NCBI GenBank assembly: GCA_037447605.1
Contig: CM074822.1
Location: 457,492-521,491, forward strand
Origin: Zygnema circumcarinatum SAG 698-1b
Lineage: Eukaryota > Plantae > Zygnematophyceae
Length of the DNA: 64,000 nucleotides
Reading direction: 5' to 3'
Positions 13,451 through 26,124 of the stretch are shown here, one piece after another. The stretch's first letter is position 1, and the number at the start of each line of letters is the position of its first letter. A model generated the notes under the pieces. It did no database searches. It was given only the letters and a program-made list of their open reading frames with translations, and had not been told where the DNA came from. Both the position numbers and the translations under genes were made by a program.

Positions 13451-14076
13451 GGCGGCCGACCTTCCTGCCTCAAAAAACCCTAAAAACCCTAAAAAGCAGT
13501 AACAGAAGCAATCCCTCACTTCTCAGAGAGGAGTGGGAGAGTGAAGGTACCTCCAAGAGAGGGAAGGAGAGTGACACGTGGCGCCCAAATGCCAGCGAGG
13601 ATTAAGGAAACCAATAGAGACTCGCCACGCAGACTCATTTGTACACGTGGCAACTCGTTATTGGCAAGGGCTCGACTGAAGAAGGATCTCATCCGCAGAG
13701 GAGAAGTGCCACAATGGGACACGTGGTAGTTTACCGTCTGTCCCCTGAAGCGTCTCTGAGGAGAGAAAACGTCCAGTGACGAGTTGTACCAGCGTCCGAA
13801 AGATACCCCTGCGTCTTGACACGGGCGCTTCTGAAAAGGTTGCGTCAAGAAATTTGCTCCTCTCTTTCCCTTCACCAAAAAATTAAAGCTGCAATTTTGG
13901 AATTTAAGAATGTATGGCTTCCCGGGATGATTACCTTATCATTGTTATCTTATAGGGCTGCCAAAATATACAGGAGTCCGGGAGGTTCTGGCTGAGGATA
14001 TAATCGCTCTCTAGTTTAGGGAGAGAAGAGAGAAGGGAGAGAGAGGGGCAGCTTATTGGTAGTATTGGGCTCTGAA
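13451..14076. promoter_or_regulatory. Bidirectional promoter region with three ACACGTGG G-box/ABRE motifs, CCAAT-like boxes and telo-box repeats
   Basis: CACGTG at 13575, 13644 and 13720; AAACCCTA twice at ~13474-13492 in the Y3IP1 leader; lies between divergent ATGs at 13450 (-) and 14077 (+). Confidence 0.55.
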
Positions 14077-17033
14077 ATGGGTTCATTTGTCATGGCTGGC
14101 TCTATAAGCTGCAGCTTTTATCAGAGCAAGAGCTTCAGCGTTCATGCAAGCAGCAGCAGGCAGCCGTGGTTTTCGTTCAAGTGTAGTAGTCGTAAGAAAG
14201 TTGAGACTATATTGTTCGCGGATTATTTGCCTCACAGTAGCAGGCAGATTAGGAAACCTACCTCTATTCGTTTGTGTAGAATGAGCAGTCAAGGAGAAGC
14301 GAATGGAGAGCATCCTTCTACTTCATCGTCTTCTTCGTCGTTTTCTTCTCCCTCTTCTCCGTCTTCTTCTCCTACTTCTTCTTCTTCTCCTACTATGGAG
14401 GGGAAGGCTGCAAACAAGGGGGGAAAGCAGGCTGCTCGGCAGAGAGGGTTTGGAAGCGGCAGCACTCAAACAAGCGGAGGACGGAAGAAAGGTTCTGCAG
14501 AAGGATCCACGAAGCAAGGCGGGAAGAAATCTGTAGCTGCTCAAGGCAAAAACATTGAAACAATAATCGAAGAGATTGAACAGGTAGCTAGCTGCATTTG
14601 CTGTTGCTGAATGAATCAGAATGAAGCATTTGTAAAAAGACTGAGTTTTGTTTAGTGAGAGATAGCAAAAGACGAACACGAACAAAGGTTAACCTTCATG
14701 GTCGGTACCTTGAAGGGTTAGAGAATTCGTTTAGCCGTTTTTTTGTGGCGAAAATTTGAAGTATGTAGTGACGCAAAATTCACGAACTTCAATTATTTTT
14801 TGCATTTTAAGAAAAGAAAGTGATGAGACATTTTTAGTGAACTAAGCTGATAGATGCTCGTTGAGTTCCGGAGTCTCCATTCGTAGTCTCGTAACAGTAG
14901 CAGTTATTAAATGAAAAGTAAGAATATTTCACCTTTCTAGGCTTGTGACTTTACAATGTCACTGGCGGCGCTTGACTAGTAATTTGCCTTTACAAGAGGT
15001 CACCTGCACAGTTGTCACTGACAGCACCGACGCGCTCCCTTTTACGATTGTTATTACTTTTTAGCAAGGTTAAAGAAGGTTGTAGTTGAAGTCCTAACAT
15101 GCCAATTGCTATTCTTGTATAGCCTGCTATCTGTTCAGGTTAGTCTCTTACCGTTCAGGTTAGCCTCTTCTCTGTTCAGGTTAGTGTGTACCACCAGTTT
15201 TTGGTTTGCATTGCTTTGGTCTGACTGCTTCTCGTTGTGTATGTGTCTTCGTGTTTGGAGGTTGGTTTTGTTTGTTGATCAGCAAGAAGCAGGGTTCCAA
15301 CTCGACATCAACCCGCGAGAAGCTGCGCAAGGAAAGGTGGACTTCGTGAGAGTGGATGGGTGGGGGTCAGGCGCGGGAGGCAACGATGAAGTGGAAAATT
15401 TGAAGCTAAAAAGTTTCAGTCCGGCTTATTCCTCAGAGGAACAATCGGGACCTTTCTACGACCGACTGGTTCGGCGAGTGCAGTTATTGGAATCTAAGGT
15501 AAGTTCAAATTGTCTCTTCTTTTGGATGGTGGTTGGCTCACAGCATCACAGCAACTCAACTGCAACATCACATTTGTCGCGTTGCAACAGTGCTTCTCCT
15601 CCTTAGCTTGTAGATTTCTTAAGTTTATGATGCTTGCCCATCAAGTCAAATTCGGGGCAGTTAAAAGTCTAGATGAAGAGTTCATCAAACTTTCTGGAAA
15701 TGATCTGAGCTTGTCGTCTTCTCTATGAGAAACGGAATCATGAACTGGCCTGTTCTGCCCGCCATGTTTGGCACGGTTAACCTTTAGGATTGGGCTCATG
15801 ATTGAGAAACTTCAGGGGGAAATTTCAGTAGCGCAATCTCAACCTTTGCCTCCATTTGAACGGTGGTCATTCGGTGAGAGACGTTATCTTCAATACTTAA
15901 ACAACCAGGTGCTTACTCAACTGCTGTACACATGTAACTTGTTTGCTGAATTAAAGGAAGGAAGAGTTTCTTCTCTATACGTTCGGAAGGAGCGGACTGT
16001 CATTTAAGGAGAAACAACAGATGCATGTTAAGTGAGAGCTATTATGTTGAATTGTGACGAAATGCTTCATGTTGGTTCATCCAGTATACAGTACATATTG
16101 CCCTGGAGAAAGCCCTGCCTTTAGCGAACGAGATGTGGTTACCAGACGATGAATCCAAGGGAGGAGAAGAGGGTGGACCATGGGCTGCATTAGCTCAATT
16201 CAAGGAAGATCTTGGGTTGTACCGTTCTCGGGTATGTTGACAATGCAAAACCCTTCTGCAATTCAGATTCTTGGCATGAGCCATCCGTTTCTTTCTCCTT
16301 CAGTAGAATTAGTTACTTATCCATTGGCTATCATTCTCAAACCCATTGTCCATTTCTTCTTTGCGGACTATTCTTAACTCTTTTCATGTACTTGACAAGT
16401 GTAACGATGGGAACTTCTACTGTTTTTACCAACCACGCAATTTTTGTCTCATTCAGGCCCTTCAATCAGACATTGATGCTCTGAGAGCAGTCATGAAAAC
16501 TTCGGATGAAGAAGTCTCCGGTAGTCACGACAGTTTGTCCTTTCCGTTGGAGCCAACTACTCAAACGGAAGCATATGCAAAGGTTTGTGCTCCTAACCAT
16601 GGTGAATGCCTCTTTTCATGTAAACTGAAATTTTGAGGTAGTCAGTTTCCAAATTCTCTGAGTTTCTCCTTCAAGAATGCAAAGTTGATAGCTTTTCAAG
16701 GGATGATGGAATAATGTAAGCAGTATATTACCCAGCTGGGAAAGATATCACGGGATATCGGCAATAAATTGGAAGCACAGAAAGCGCAGCATCGTCTTCT
16801 TGCGCATGTGTTTGCCATTCATGTTAGCCACCTCACAGCAGGTCAGTTTACCCCAACCTCACCCTTTACTTTGAATTGCGGCCAAAGGCTATCTTTCAGC
16901 TTTCCGTTCCCCACTTATGGTGGCCGGTCATATCCGGATTCTTGTTTAAGTATAGGGAGCATTTCTATAGCTCGTGGTTCTTTTGGCAATGAGTCTTGGC
17001 ACCTCTCCACCTCCCTCCCCTCTCTCTCTCTCT

Positions 17034-17075
<42 letters not shown>

Positions 17076-18179
17076 CTCTCTCTCTCTCCTCTCTCTCAAT
17101 CCATGTTGGAATTCTTTTATGCTCTGAAATTTTGCTAAGTAGTTCGTTAGTTCTGCAGCTGTAGCAAACTTGCTCACTCACTCCCCCTCCTCTCTCGTTT
17201 TGGGCACCCTCTGCTCACGATGTGATTTGAAACTTACGGTTCTTTGTTCTTCCAAATGTGCTTTTTTTTCACATTTTAATGTAGCTTTAGCCCAAGATTA
17301 TGCTTCTCTATAGAGAACCTCATCTGAGATGCTTCCTTGCTTTGAACGTTTTAGGAATGCGTGTTGGAGCAAAGGCAGTCAGTTGTCTGCCAAGCCTTCG
17401 GACTGCTCGGGCAGTCAGCTTCTACCGCGATTACCCTTCTGTATGCCTTCTATACCACTTTCCTTCTCCTCGTTAATAGAGAGACTTCCAATAACCAAGA
17501 GAGAACACCCCTTCCTGGTTTGCACTTTTCTTGCCTGAAATTTCGTTACTCTTTGTTATGGCCAAGTCCGGCTCCTTTTCATTTATCAGGTAACGAAAGG
17601 AAAGGCAGACAGGCTCTCTTCTCTTATGAGAGCTCACTTCCAGTGTGTATTGGGACTTTCAGGGTGCATCCGATCCACTCAAGGTTTTCAGACAGGCTAT
17701 TGATAATGCCGGGAATTGGGTTGGAGAGGCAGATCAGCAAGAGCAGGTTTGCAACTCCCGCCCATCCCTCCATCTCTCCCACCCCGACCCCTACCCCTCC
17801 ACCTCCCCCCTCCACCCTTCGCCTTCGCCTCCCTCTCCCCCTGCCCCCCTCCGCCCTCCCCCCTTCCCCCCCATNNNNNNNNNNCCCCCCCCCCCCCCCC
17901 CCTTCACTCTTTCATTCCAATCTTGCGGATATAGGCACTTTCAGTGCTGCCGACTTGCAGGGTCTGCAGAGTTCAGAGTTGAAGCTCTGTTGTTCTCTAT
18001 GTTCATGTGTTGAAACAGCACACCATTGCCCTTCTCAAATAGTGATTCATCACGCGCTTGTTCCCTGCTATGGCATGTGTCTGCAGGTGATGGCGGAGCT
18101 GCCCCGCGCGCTGCAGAAGACCAGCCTGCTGTTGGCGGACCTGGCTGTGGAGGAGCCGCTGGCACCCTCTCTTCTGTGA
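14077..18179 (+). CDS. Plastid-targeted heme oxygenase-like protein, divergent and probably non-catalytic, 9 exons (14077-14583, 15283-15498, 15816-15908, 16085-16231, 16457-16582, 16724-16841, 17355-17440, 17663-17746, 18087-18179)
   Basis: Exons join in frame at GT-AG sites. W...RYLQYL, AQFKEDLGLYRSRALQSDIDAL, AYAKYITQL, LLAHVFAIHVSHLTAGMRVGAK..VSFY and ELPRALQKTSLLL parallel the plant HO1 motifs W.P..EGYLRFL, FKNTGLERA..L..DL.WF, HFYN.YFAHSAGG..IG.KV..LEFY and ETEKSF. The N-terminus is a Ser-rich transit peptide. Confidence 0.7.
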
Positions 18180-18367
18180 AAGGACGCTTTTTCTTAAATT
18201 TAAAGAAACAAAACAGTTGGCAGGAATCGATGCAATAATGCAACATTTTCTGCTTCTTTCAGGGTTCCCTTTTGTGACTATTCTGCTCTAGCCCAGACAT
18301 CATCACACATACATCATCGCATACATCACCACCATCATCATCATCAACATCTGAACCACACATAACG

Positions 18368-18450
<83 letters not shown>
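18368..18450 (+). repeat. (ATC)n microsatellite, about 28 units
   Basis: Perfect trinucleotide run between the convergent HO-like and S28 genes. Confidence 0.95.
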
Positions 18451-18739
18451 TTAATTGGACGTTAATTTACCCAGACTTTTTGGAGAAGAGTTATCTCATT
18501 AAAAAATAACCGCGCTCTGACTCCGGCTTCTTGAGAATCGTTTCGCCAACTGGAAAAAAAAAGAAAAAAACTGTTTGCTTTGGGCTTTTCTAAAGAATAG
18601 ATTACTCAGAAGTTAAATACAGATTGTCAATTTTAAATATCACCACCACCATGCGTGCTTGGTAGGGTCGACACTTCTCATTGGCTTCGCAGGCGAAGAC
18701 AGACTTGGAGCCTACCACGTCCTCCGCCTGCCAACCACT

Positions 18740-18965
18740 TCAGTTACAATTCCAGTTCCAGTTCCAATTCAGTTACAGTTGCAGTTCCAATTTACCTCTA
18801 TAGTTCCGTGACCTGAGTTCCAGTTTCCAGTTGGAATCCAGTTCCAGTTCCAATTCCAGCCAGTTTACCTCTACAGTTCCGTGACGTGAGTTCCAGTTCC
18901 TGTTCCAGTTCCAGTTCCAGTTCCAGTTCAGTTGCAGTTTCAGTTTACCTCTACAGATCCGTGAC
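18740..18965. repeat. (GTTCCA)n hexamer arrays interleaved with three copies of the S28 stop-codon segment
   Basis: ca(g/a)tttacctcta(c/t)ag(a/t)tccgtgac at 18788, 18861 and 18941, separated by GTTCCA runs. Confidence 0.85.
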
Positions 18966-20979
18966 CAGCCCAATGGCAGAGGCGGGCAGGTCCCTGTCCT
19001 GCAGCCACGCGCCCACGTACTCCATCATCGCCTGCCGCGTTTTGACCACTTCCGAGGGGTCGGAGCACCGGCTCGCGTCGCCTGCAGGTTCCGTGTCAAG
19101 CCAGCAGAACGCTCTCCGTTAGGATTTTAGGGTTTGAGGGGTTTAAGGATTTAGAGTTTTTTTAGGGTTTTAGGGTTTCAGGGTTTCAGGGTTTTTAGGA
19201 TTTTTAGGGTTTTAGGGTTGCAGGCTTTTTTAGGGGTTTTAGGGTTTTAGGGTTTAGGGTTGTAGGGTTTTTGACGGGTTGTGGGTTTTTCGCGCTCCCC
19301 CTTAAACTGGAAGCAAGGATTCCGTTTGGGAACTTACTGCTGTTCAGTGCTTGCTCATGAAAGACTATAAAGATCCGGAAACAAAGCCAACCCTGCTTAG
19401 CATAATTCTTTCTTTTTTTCTTATTTAGATATTAAAAAAAAAAAGGGGAGATTTTCACCGAATGGCTGCGCAGGCCACTGGGGACAGCCTCGCAGCTCCG
19501 ATCCATGGCCACAATTGTGACACGTCACCACTCTTGAAGGCTCTGCACACCCATAGTTAGAGAGAATTTTAGGATTAAAACTCCTCTTGAAGTCGCACTC
19601 ACTCCTATGTACGCATTAAACAGAACATAGTTTTCTAAGGTTTTTGGGTTTTTGGGGTTCTGGGGTTTTAGGGAGTTATGAGCTTTGAAGTTTTACGGTT
19701 GAAGGTTTCTCAATTGTTAAGAGTTTTAAGACTTGGGGTTTTGCGATCTTTGCAAATGTAGGGCTCGAAACTTCCTAACATTTTCGATTTCAGTTTTAGT
19801 TCCAAGATTTCAGCTATTGAAAATTATCTCAGTCACATGCATGTTCTCCAATCCCGAATTTTCGCATCTTTGCTTCATTGCTCTCCTAACCTTACTTTTA
19901 GATAGGCCTAAAAAAACAGAAGGGTAAAATTTAAATTCAAGCTACGTGGAAACTGTTTTAGGGTTGAAGTTGGGCCATACGTCCCGGAGAGGACTTCTGC
20001 TTAGAGGCGTGCCTCCATGGGTCCTGCGATCCGTTCACAAAGAAAATGCGTGTTCCTGCGATAGAGAAATGTATGAAAAAAATGGGCCAATTACAATCAG
20101 TTACATAGATAATGGTTTTTGTTAGACCATCCCTGTTTGCTTCTCTAATGGTACTTGCTCTACTGACAAACGTGTGCAATCCGTTCCCCCCCCCCCCCCC
20201 CCTCTCCACTCCCTTCCCCCTCTCCCCTCCTTCCCCCCTCCACCCCCTCTCCACTCCTCCTCCTCTCCCCCTCCTTTTCCCCCCTCTCCCTCCCTCCCTC
20301 CCCTCTCCCCTCCTTTTCCCCCCCTCCTCCACTCCCTCCCCCCCTCTCCCCCTTCCCCCCCTCTCCCTCCCCTCCCCCCCTCTCCCCCTCCCTTTTCCCC
20401 CCCCTCTCCACTCCCTCTCCTCTCTCCCCCCCCCTTCCCCCCCCCCTCTCCACTCCCTCTCCCCTCCCCCTACCCCCTCCCCTCTCCACTCCCTCCCCCC
20501 TCTCCCCCTCCCTTTTCCCCCCCCTCTCCACTCCCTCCCCCTCTCCCCCCGCTTCCCCCCTCTCCACTCCCTCCCCTCCCCCTCCCCCTCCCCCTCCCCC
20601 TCCCCTCCCTCCTCCCTCCCTCCTCCCTCCCTCCTCCCTCCCTCCTCCCCCTCCTCCCTTACCGCGCATTCGCTTGCCGCCATAATAAAGGTTGGTAGAG
20701 TTCGTGTCCGGAAAGACACCTTCTCCAAACACATTGGTGCAAAGGTCCAAGTAATATCTGCAAAAGGGAAAATCTTTCCTAAATCAATAATTAGGGGTGC
20801 GGATGCACGAATAGGACTCTCAGTAAACAGTAACCACCCAATAATTCTTTCCAAAGGAAACTGGAAATTCTAAGGAAAAACGACGATGTTTTACCCAGGA
20901 CTTCAAGTTGATTTTGCTTCATTAAGCCTCTGTAATTCCGTACGCTTTGATTCCTTGTCTAATCGTAAGCAGCTTTTCG

Positions 20980-21022
<43 letters not shown>

Positions 21023-24000
21023 AGTGAGAGAGGAGAGAAAGAGAGGTCTGACTTAGCACTTTCGAATTTCATATATATATATATGAAACTTTGTACGAAA
21101 TTCAAAAGCCTAAACATCTGAAACTTCAAGTAAAAAGCCAACTGATAATAGGAACCAATAACTTCATTGAAACCCTAAAACCCTAAAACCCTAAACCCAT
21201 TTTCATACTTGAGGTTTACTCTCTCTGAGCGGATGCTCCCTTTTGAAGGAGCGGTCTGCAAGTAGGCCACCTCCGTGCAGCACTGAAACCACCACGCTCG
21301 CATCACTGCTCATGTAAAGAAAAAAATAAACACAAATTAGAAAAATAAAACATAGAAAATAGAACCATTTCGAATCATCGCATGACAACTAAGCGTGACC
21401 ATTCCATTTTTTTTTTTTTAATATATGCACACATACATATTTTATACTTGAAGAGTTGAAGGGCACTGGAAAAACAGAGCGGCCCATGAAGGGATTGAAT
21501 GAACAAGAGTTGCTTGTAGGAATGATGCCCCACTTGATGAAAACCAAAACTGAATACGTTATAATATATGTATATATATATATATATATATACATATGCT
21601 ATAAAATGAAAAATATTGAATATGCACAGATTCAACACACATATACATGACATATATGACATATTATGGGACATAGTTTTCACCGGCGTTTGGTCCCTTG
21701 GAGGATGTATTGAGAAGAGCAAACTGATCGTAATCTGAAGCAAGACTACCGAAATGGCCATAGAAAAATGCTTGAACGTACTCCACATACGCTGCCTGCA
21801 TGCAGGGGCAGTTTCTATGCGTTAGGGCTAACTGATAGTGGTTTGCTCCGTTTGGAACGGTTTGAAGTAGCAGGAACATAGGGAGAGAGGGAGAGGTAGA
21901 CGGAAGGGGAGGCTGGAGAGCGAGGGGGAGGGAGGGAGAGGGAGGGAGGTAGACGGAAGTGGAGGAGGGAGGCGAGGGGGGGGAGAGGGAGGGAGAGGTA
22001 GACGGAAGGGAGGAGGGAGAGCGAGGGGGGGGAGAGGGAGGGAGAGGTAGACGGAAAGGGAGGAGGGAGAGCGAGGGGGGGGAGAGGGAGGGAGAGGTAG
22101 ACGGAAGTGGAGGAGGGAGGCGAGGGGGGGGGAGAGGGAGGGAGAGGTCGGGCCTCTTTCAAATAGCGGAAAGATAGGAAGAGAGGGAGACGGTAAGGAC
22201 GAGGACGATGGAGGGAGGGAGAGGGAGGGAGGGAGAGCGAGGGAGAGGAGAGCGAGGGAGGGAGAGCGAGGGAGAGGAGAGCGAGGGAGAGGAGAGCGAG
22301 GGAGAGGAGGGAGAGGGAGGGAGAGCGAGGGAGAGGAGAGAGAGGGAGGGAGAGAGAGAGGAGGAGGGGGTGGGGAGGGGATGGGGGGAGTGGGAGAGAC
22401 GGAGGGTAGAGATGGGGGGGGAGAGGGAGAGATTGGAGGGAGGGGATGAATCGAGCGAGTGGTAGAGGTAGATGGAGAGGAAGAGGGAGAGGGAGAGATC
22501 CGGCAATCTGCTTACCAGCACATCCCCTCCTCGAGTTGCAGCGACCAATGGAAGGCAGAGCACATCAGGGCTTCCGTACTGAAACTGTTGCATGGAACAG
22601 CAGGTTCTGTTAGGAATGACATAACTGAAACTGATGCAAAATAGCACGTCCTGTTAGAGATCGTTCAAGTTTTTGCTATGTTTACGCTACTTGAAAGTGG
22701 ACCAACCCCCCCCACCCACCACATCCCTCTCCCACTCTTCCTCTCTCTACTTCTCCCTCGCCATCTCCCTCTCTCCCTAAGTTCCCGCTCCATGAAAAAG
22801 GATGAGGATCAGGGAAAGAATCAGTACCGCAGAAACAGCAGCATCAGCGAGAAGGAAAAGGAAGTCTCCATCCACAGTGAGCTGTCCATCACAGTTCAAA
22901 TCTTGGTTAATCTTGACCAACTATCTCGACCAACTACCTCGAGTGGATTGGTCAAAGGAAAGAGAAAATACAAGCCGACTAAAATGGGTAAGTGAATGGT
23001 CTGAATGGTTTGTAGTGAGCTTGGAATTTCCTCCAATTTGCTGCTTTAAACTGAAGAGCAAGCAGAAACATACTGATTCTGCTTTAAACAGAGCCTTGAT
23101 TGCTGTAGCATTCCTCCTCAACTCTTCATCCACAATAGCGGTCACTTCTCTCAATGCTGCAGCACATTCCGGCCCTGCAGAAGCAGCAATCTGCAAGACA
23201 AGAAAAAACCTCAAAGATAGTGTTCAATGTCCAATGTTCAATGTGGGAGGAGCACCCTATCACTAAAGAAAGAAAGAACCAAAACCCTGTCAAAAAGCCC
23301 CTCTCTCTCTCTCTCTCTCTCCCTCTCCCCCTCTGCCCCTCTCCCCCTCTCCCCCTCTCCCCCTCNNNNNNNNNNCCCCTCTCCCCTCTCCCCTCTCTCT
23401 CTCTCTCTCCCCTCTCTCTCTCTCCCTCTCTCCTGAATGCATCTCCCTTGCCTGTAGAATGCGTTGTTTTCCTCTTATCCAGAAAGAAAGAGAAGGAAAT
23501 ACCCACTTGCTGATCAAAGGCCCAATAGTCAAACACAGCTTCTACCACAGCGGAGCTTGCAAGGCTTCCCACTGTCAAGTGCGGAAATTTGAGACGAAAC
23601 CACGCGGAGAGAGCGCCTGGATAAGAGACACCAATCACGAGCCACGGATTGTCGCCACGTGTCTCTGAGCGATTGAATCGACGGCTTATATCAGCCTGCA
23701 TATACAAGCAGGTCCTTTGTTAATTTTTTCGTTATTTTGACGAGCCTGCATGTAGAATAAGGAGAGGTTTACATGTGAAGTTCAAATTAGAGCTTAGGCA
23801 TTTTCTCTTACTTGGTAAAAGTCGCGGAATGTGGCCAGATCTACTACAGCTTGTTTGGATGATAAGTAAGCCAAGTTCTGAGTTGTCAGCTCTTCAAAAG
23901 GATGGCTCTCTCCATAGAAGCGATGTTCGAGGGTGACAAGAGCAGCCCCAAAGTGTTCTGCCAAGACCTGCAACCCCAATTGGACCCAATTGACTGCTCT

Positions 24001-25829
24001 TCACTTCAATTTGCAGCACAGAATATGCTCACAAGTCATCATCACCTTCATCAAAGGTATCATCATCATCATCGCTTGTGATTGATTACTCGGGAAAAGA
24101 AGCTCTTTTGACCTTACTGTCTCCCTCCTCTCCCACTCTCTCCCTCTCCTCTCTCCCCCCTCCTCCCCCTCCACCCTCTCCCTCTCCTCCTCCCTCCCTC
24201 GCCCTCCTCTCTCTCCCCCCTCCCCCCCTCCACCCTCTCCCTCTCCTCCTCCCTCCCTCGCCCTCCTCTATCTCCCCCCTCCTCCCCCTCCACACTCTCC
24301 CTCGCCTCCTCCCTCCCTCGCCCTCCTCTCTTTCCCCCCTCCTACCCCTTCACCCTCCCCCTCGCCTCCTCCCTCCCTCGCCCTCCTCTCTCTCCCCCCT
24401 CCTCCCCTTCCACCCTCTCCCTCTCCTCCTCCCTCCCTCGCCCTTTCCTCCTCCTCTCCCTCCCATCCCTCTCTCTCCCTTTCTCCCGCAGGCACACCTA
24501 CCACCGTACACGACAGCAGTGGGTTCCTGCTAGTCACATCCAAGTGCGTGAAGATTTTGAACAAGAAGCTGAACTTTCTTAGCTCTTTAGGGTTTTTAGG
24601 GTTTTAGAAAGGCATCGCTGCGTTGAAGAGCTTCCGGCTACACGTTGGTAACCCTAACTCTAACCCCAACACTAACCCTAAGTCTAACTCTAAAAAACCT
24701 TTAAGAATGTTTTTTCAATATTGTTGCGACTGGGCTTGAATATGAAAAAGAGCTCATTCATGCTCACCAGCCGGAAGTCGTTGCCAGCTCCTCCGCAAAC
24801 ATACTCTCCGCAGACCAAAAGGAAAATCGGTCCATTTGGAGCGTTCCAGTAATCGAGATATTCAAAGTAGCGCTGCGAAAATGTGCGGCTATCCTGGACA
24901 ACGATTTGCATAGCAGCAAATCATGGATTAAATTTTTAACTTCGAGCACGGTTTTGCAGCAAGCTTTGTCCTGAAGTAACAATTTATGAACAAGAAAATA
25001 ATATCTGAACAATGGAGTTTGGCGAGCTTCATTCAAATGCTGAAACTCAAAGTAAATAACTAATAATTTTCAATAATTTGCTGAAATTAATTGGTTAAGG
25101 ATATCCGGAAAAACAATTCCGGGCCGAAAGACATTTCAGTCTTTAAGCCATACTGCTATTGCTCTGAAGCCGAGAAATTCTAAGTCTTCGAAGCCCTCGA
25201 AAACCCGAGTTTTGCGAATGTCTGAAACTCTAGTTTAACGGGTTTCTTGGCAAAGAGAATTCGTGAAATTGACCAGAATTGACTTGAAATTGATTAAACA
25301 TTGACGTTGACAAACGGAGCTTTAAAGCATTGTCTCACATTACCTCTATAATTTATTTTATCAGAAACTGATCTGCCAAACATTTGCTTTTAGGGGAGGT
25401 CTGGCGTCGTTTACTCAACTTTCATATTAGTATCATTTTAGGTAACCGTATATAAAATTTAACATTTCCTTACATTTTCATCTATACATCTCTTGTCAAC
25501 CCTAAAAACTCCCCCCAAACCCCAAATATCCCCAAACGCCTTAAAAAGACTCACCAGCAGATTGGAATGACTCACCAGAGGGTTGAAATGATCCAGTTTT
25601 TGCTCAAACCAGTTCACATTTTGCTCCAAAATAGCGCTCCAAGCGCCGCCTTCCTCCCCCCTCGCTCCCCCTCCCCCTCCCCCTCCCCCTCCCCCCTCCT
25701 CCTCTGCAGCTGCTGAATGCGCCCCTGCAGACCTCCCTCCAGGAAGGCGCTTGATAGGCCCGCGAACAGGAACCACGTCAGCAGCCATGTCAGCGGGACG
25801 AACAATCTCCGCGCGCCATGTGGCGCCAT
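18951..25829 (-). CDS. Serine carboxypeptidase family S28 (PRCP/thymus-specific serine protease; EDA2-like), secreted, multi-exon; apparent frameshift in the exon 1 G-tract
   Basis: WFEQKLDHFNP, TFSQRYFEYLDYW...GPIFLLVCGE, AALVTLEHRFYGES, YLSSKQAVVDLA, nucleophile motif GVSYPG, GSLASSAVV, catalytic Asp in FVNGSQDPW, His in CHNCGHG; final exon GDASRCSDPSEVVKTRQ...W*. Some internal exon edges were not resolved. Confidence 0.9.
19124..19290 (+). repeat. Interstitial telomere-like repeat, degenerate (TTTTAGGG/TTTAGGG)n, in the last S28 intron
   Basis: About 15 imperfect units such as ttttagggttttagggtttcagggtttcagggtttttagg. Confidence 0.8.
21885..22145 (+). repeat. Intronic ~49-bp minisatellite, about 5.5 copies
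   Basis: ggagaggtagacggaa recurs at ~21892, 21945, 21993, 22043 and 22092. Confidence 0.85.
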
Positions 25830-25901
25830 GTGGCAACGCGTGTCACGTCGGCAGCCTGGAAGGAAGTGTATTGGGGTGGGTGTACATCAGCGTTTTTTCG
25901 C

Positions 25902-26124
25902 CGACGTGGAGGTACAGGCGTAGTTTTGGAGGATGATGTGGCGCCGTCGTGGCGCCGTCGTGGCGCCGACTAGGACCAACGTGGAGGTACAGGCGTAGTT
26001 TTGGAGGATGATGTGGCGCCGTCGTGGTGCCGACTAGGACCGACGTGGAGGTACAGGCGTAGTTTTGGAGGATGATGTGGCGCCGTCGTGGCGCCGACTA
26101 GGACCGACGTGGAGGTACAGGCGT
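25902..26124 (+). repeat. 64-bp tandem repeat, about 3.3 copies, just upstream of the S28 start
   Basis: cgacgtggaggtacaggcgtagttttggaggatgatgtggcgccgtcgtggcgccgactaggac starts at 25902 (75-bp variant), 25977, 26041 and 26105 (partial). Confidence 0.92.

Noticed and set aside
25902-26124. 64-bp repeats as a CRISPR array
   Set aside because: Head-to-tail with no spacers, in a eukaryotic context.
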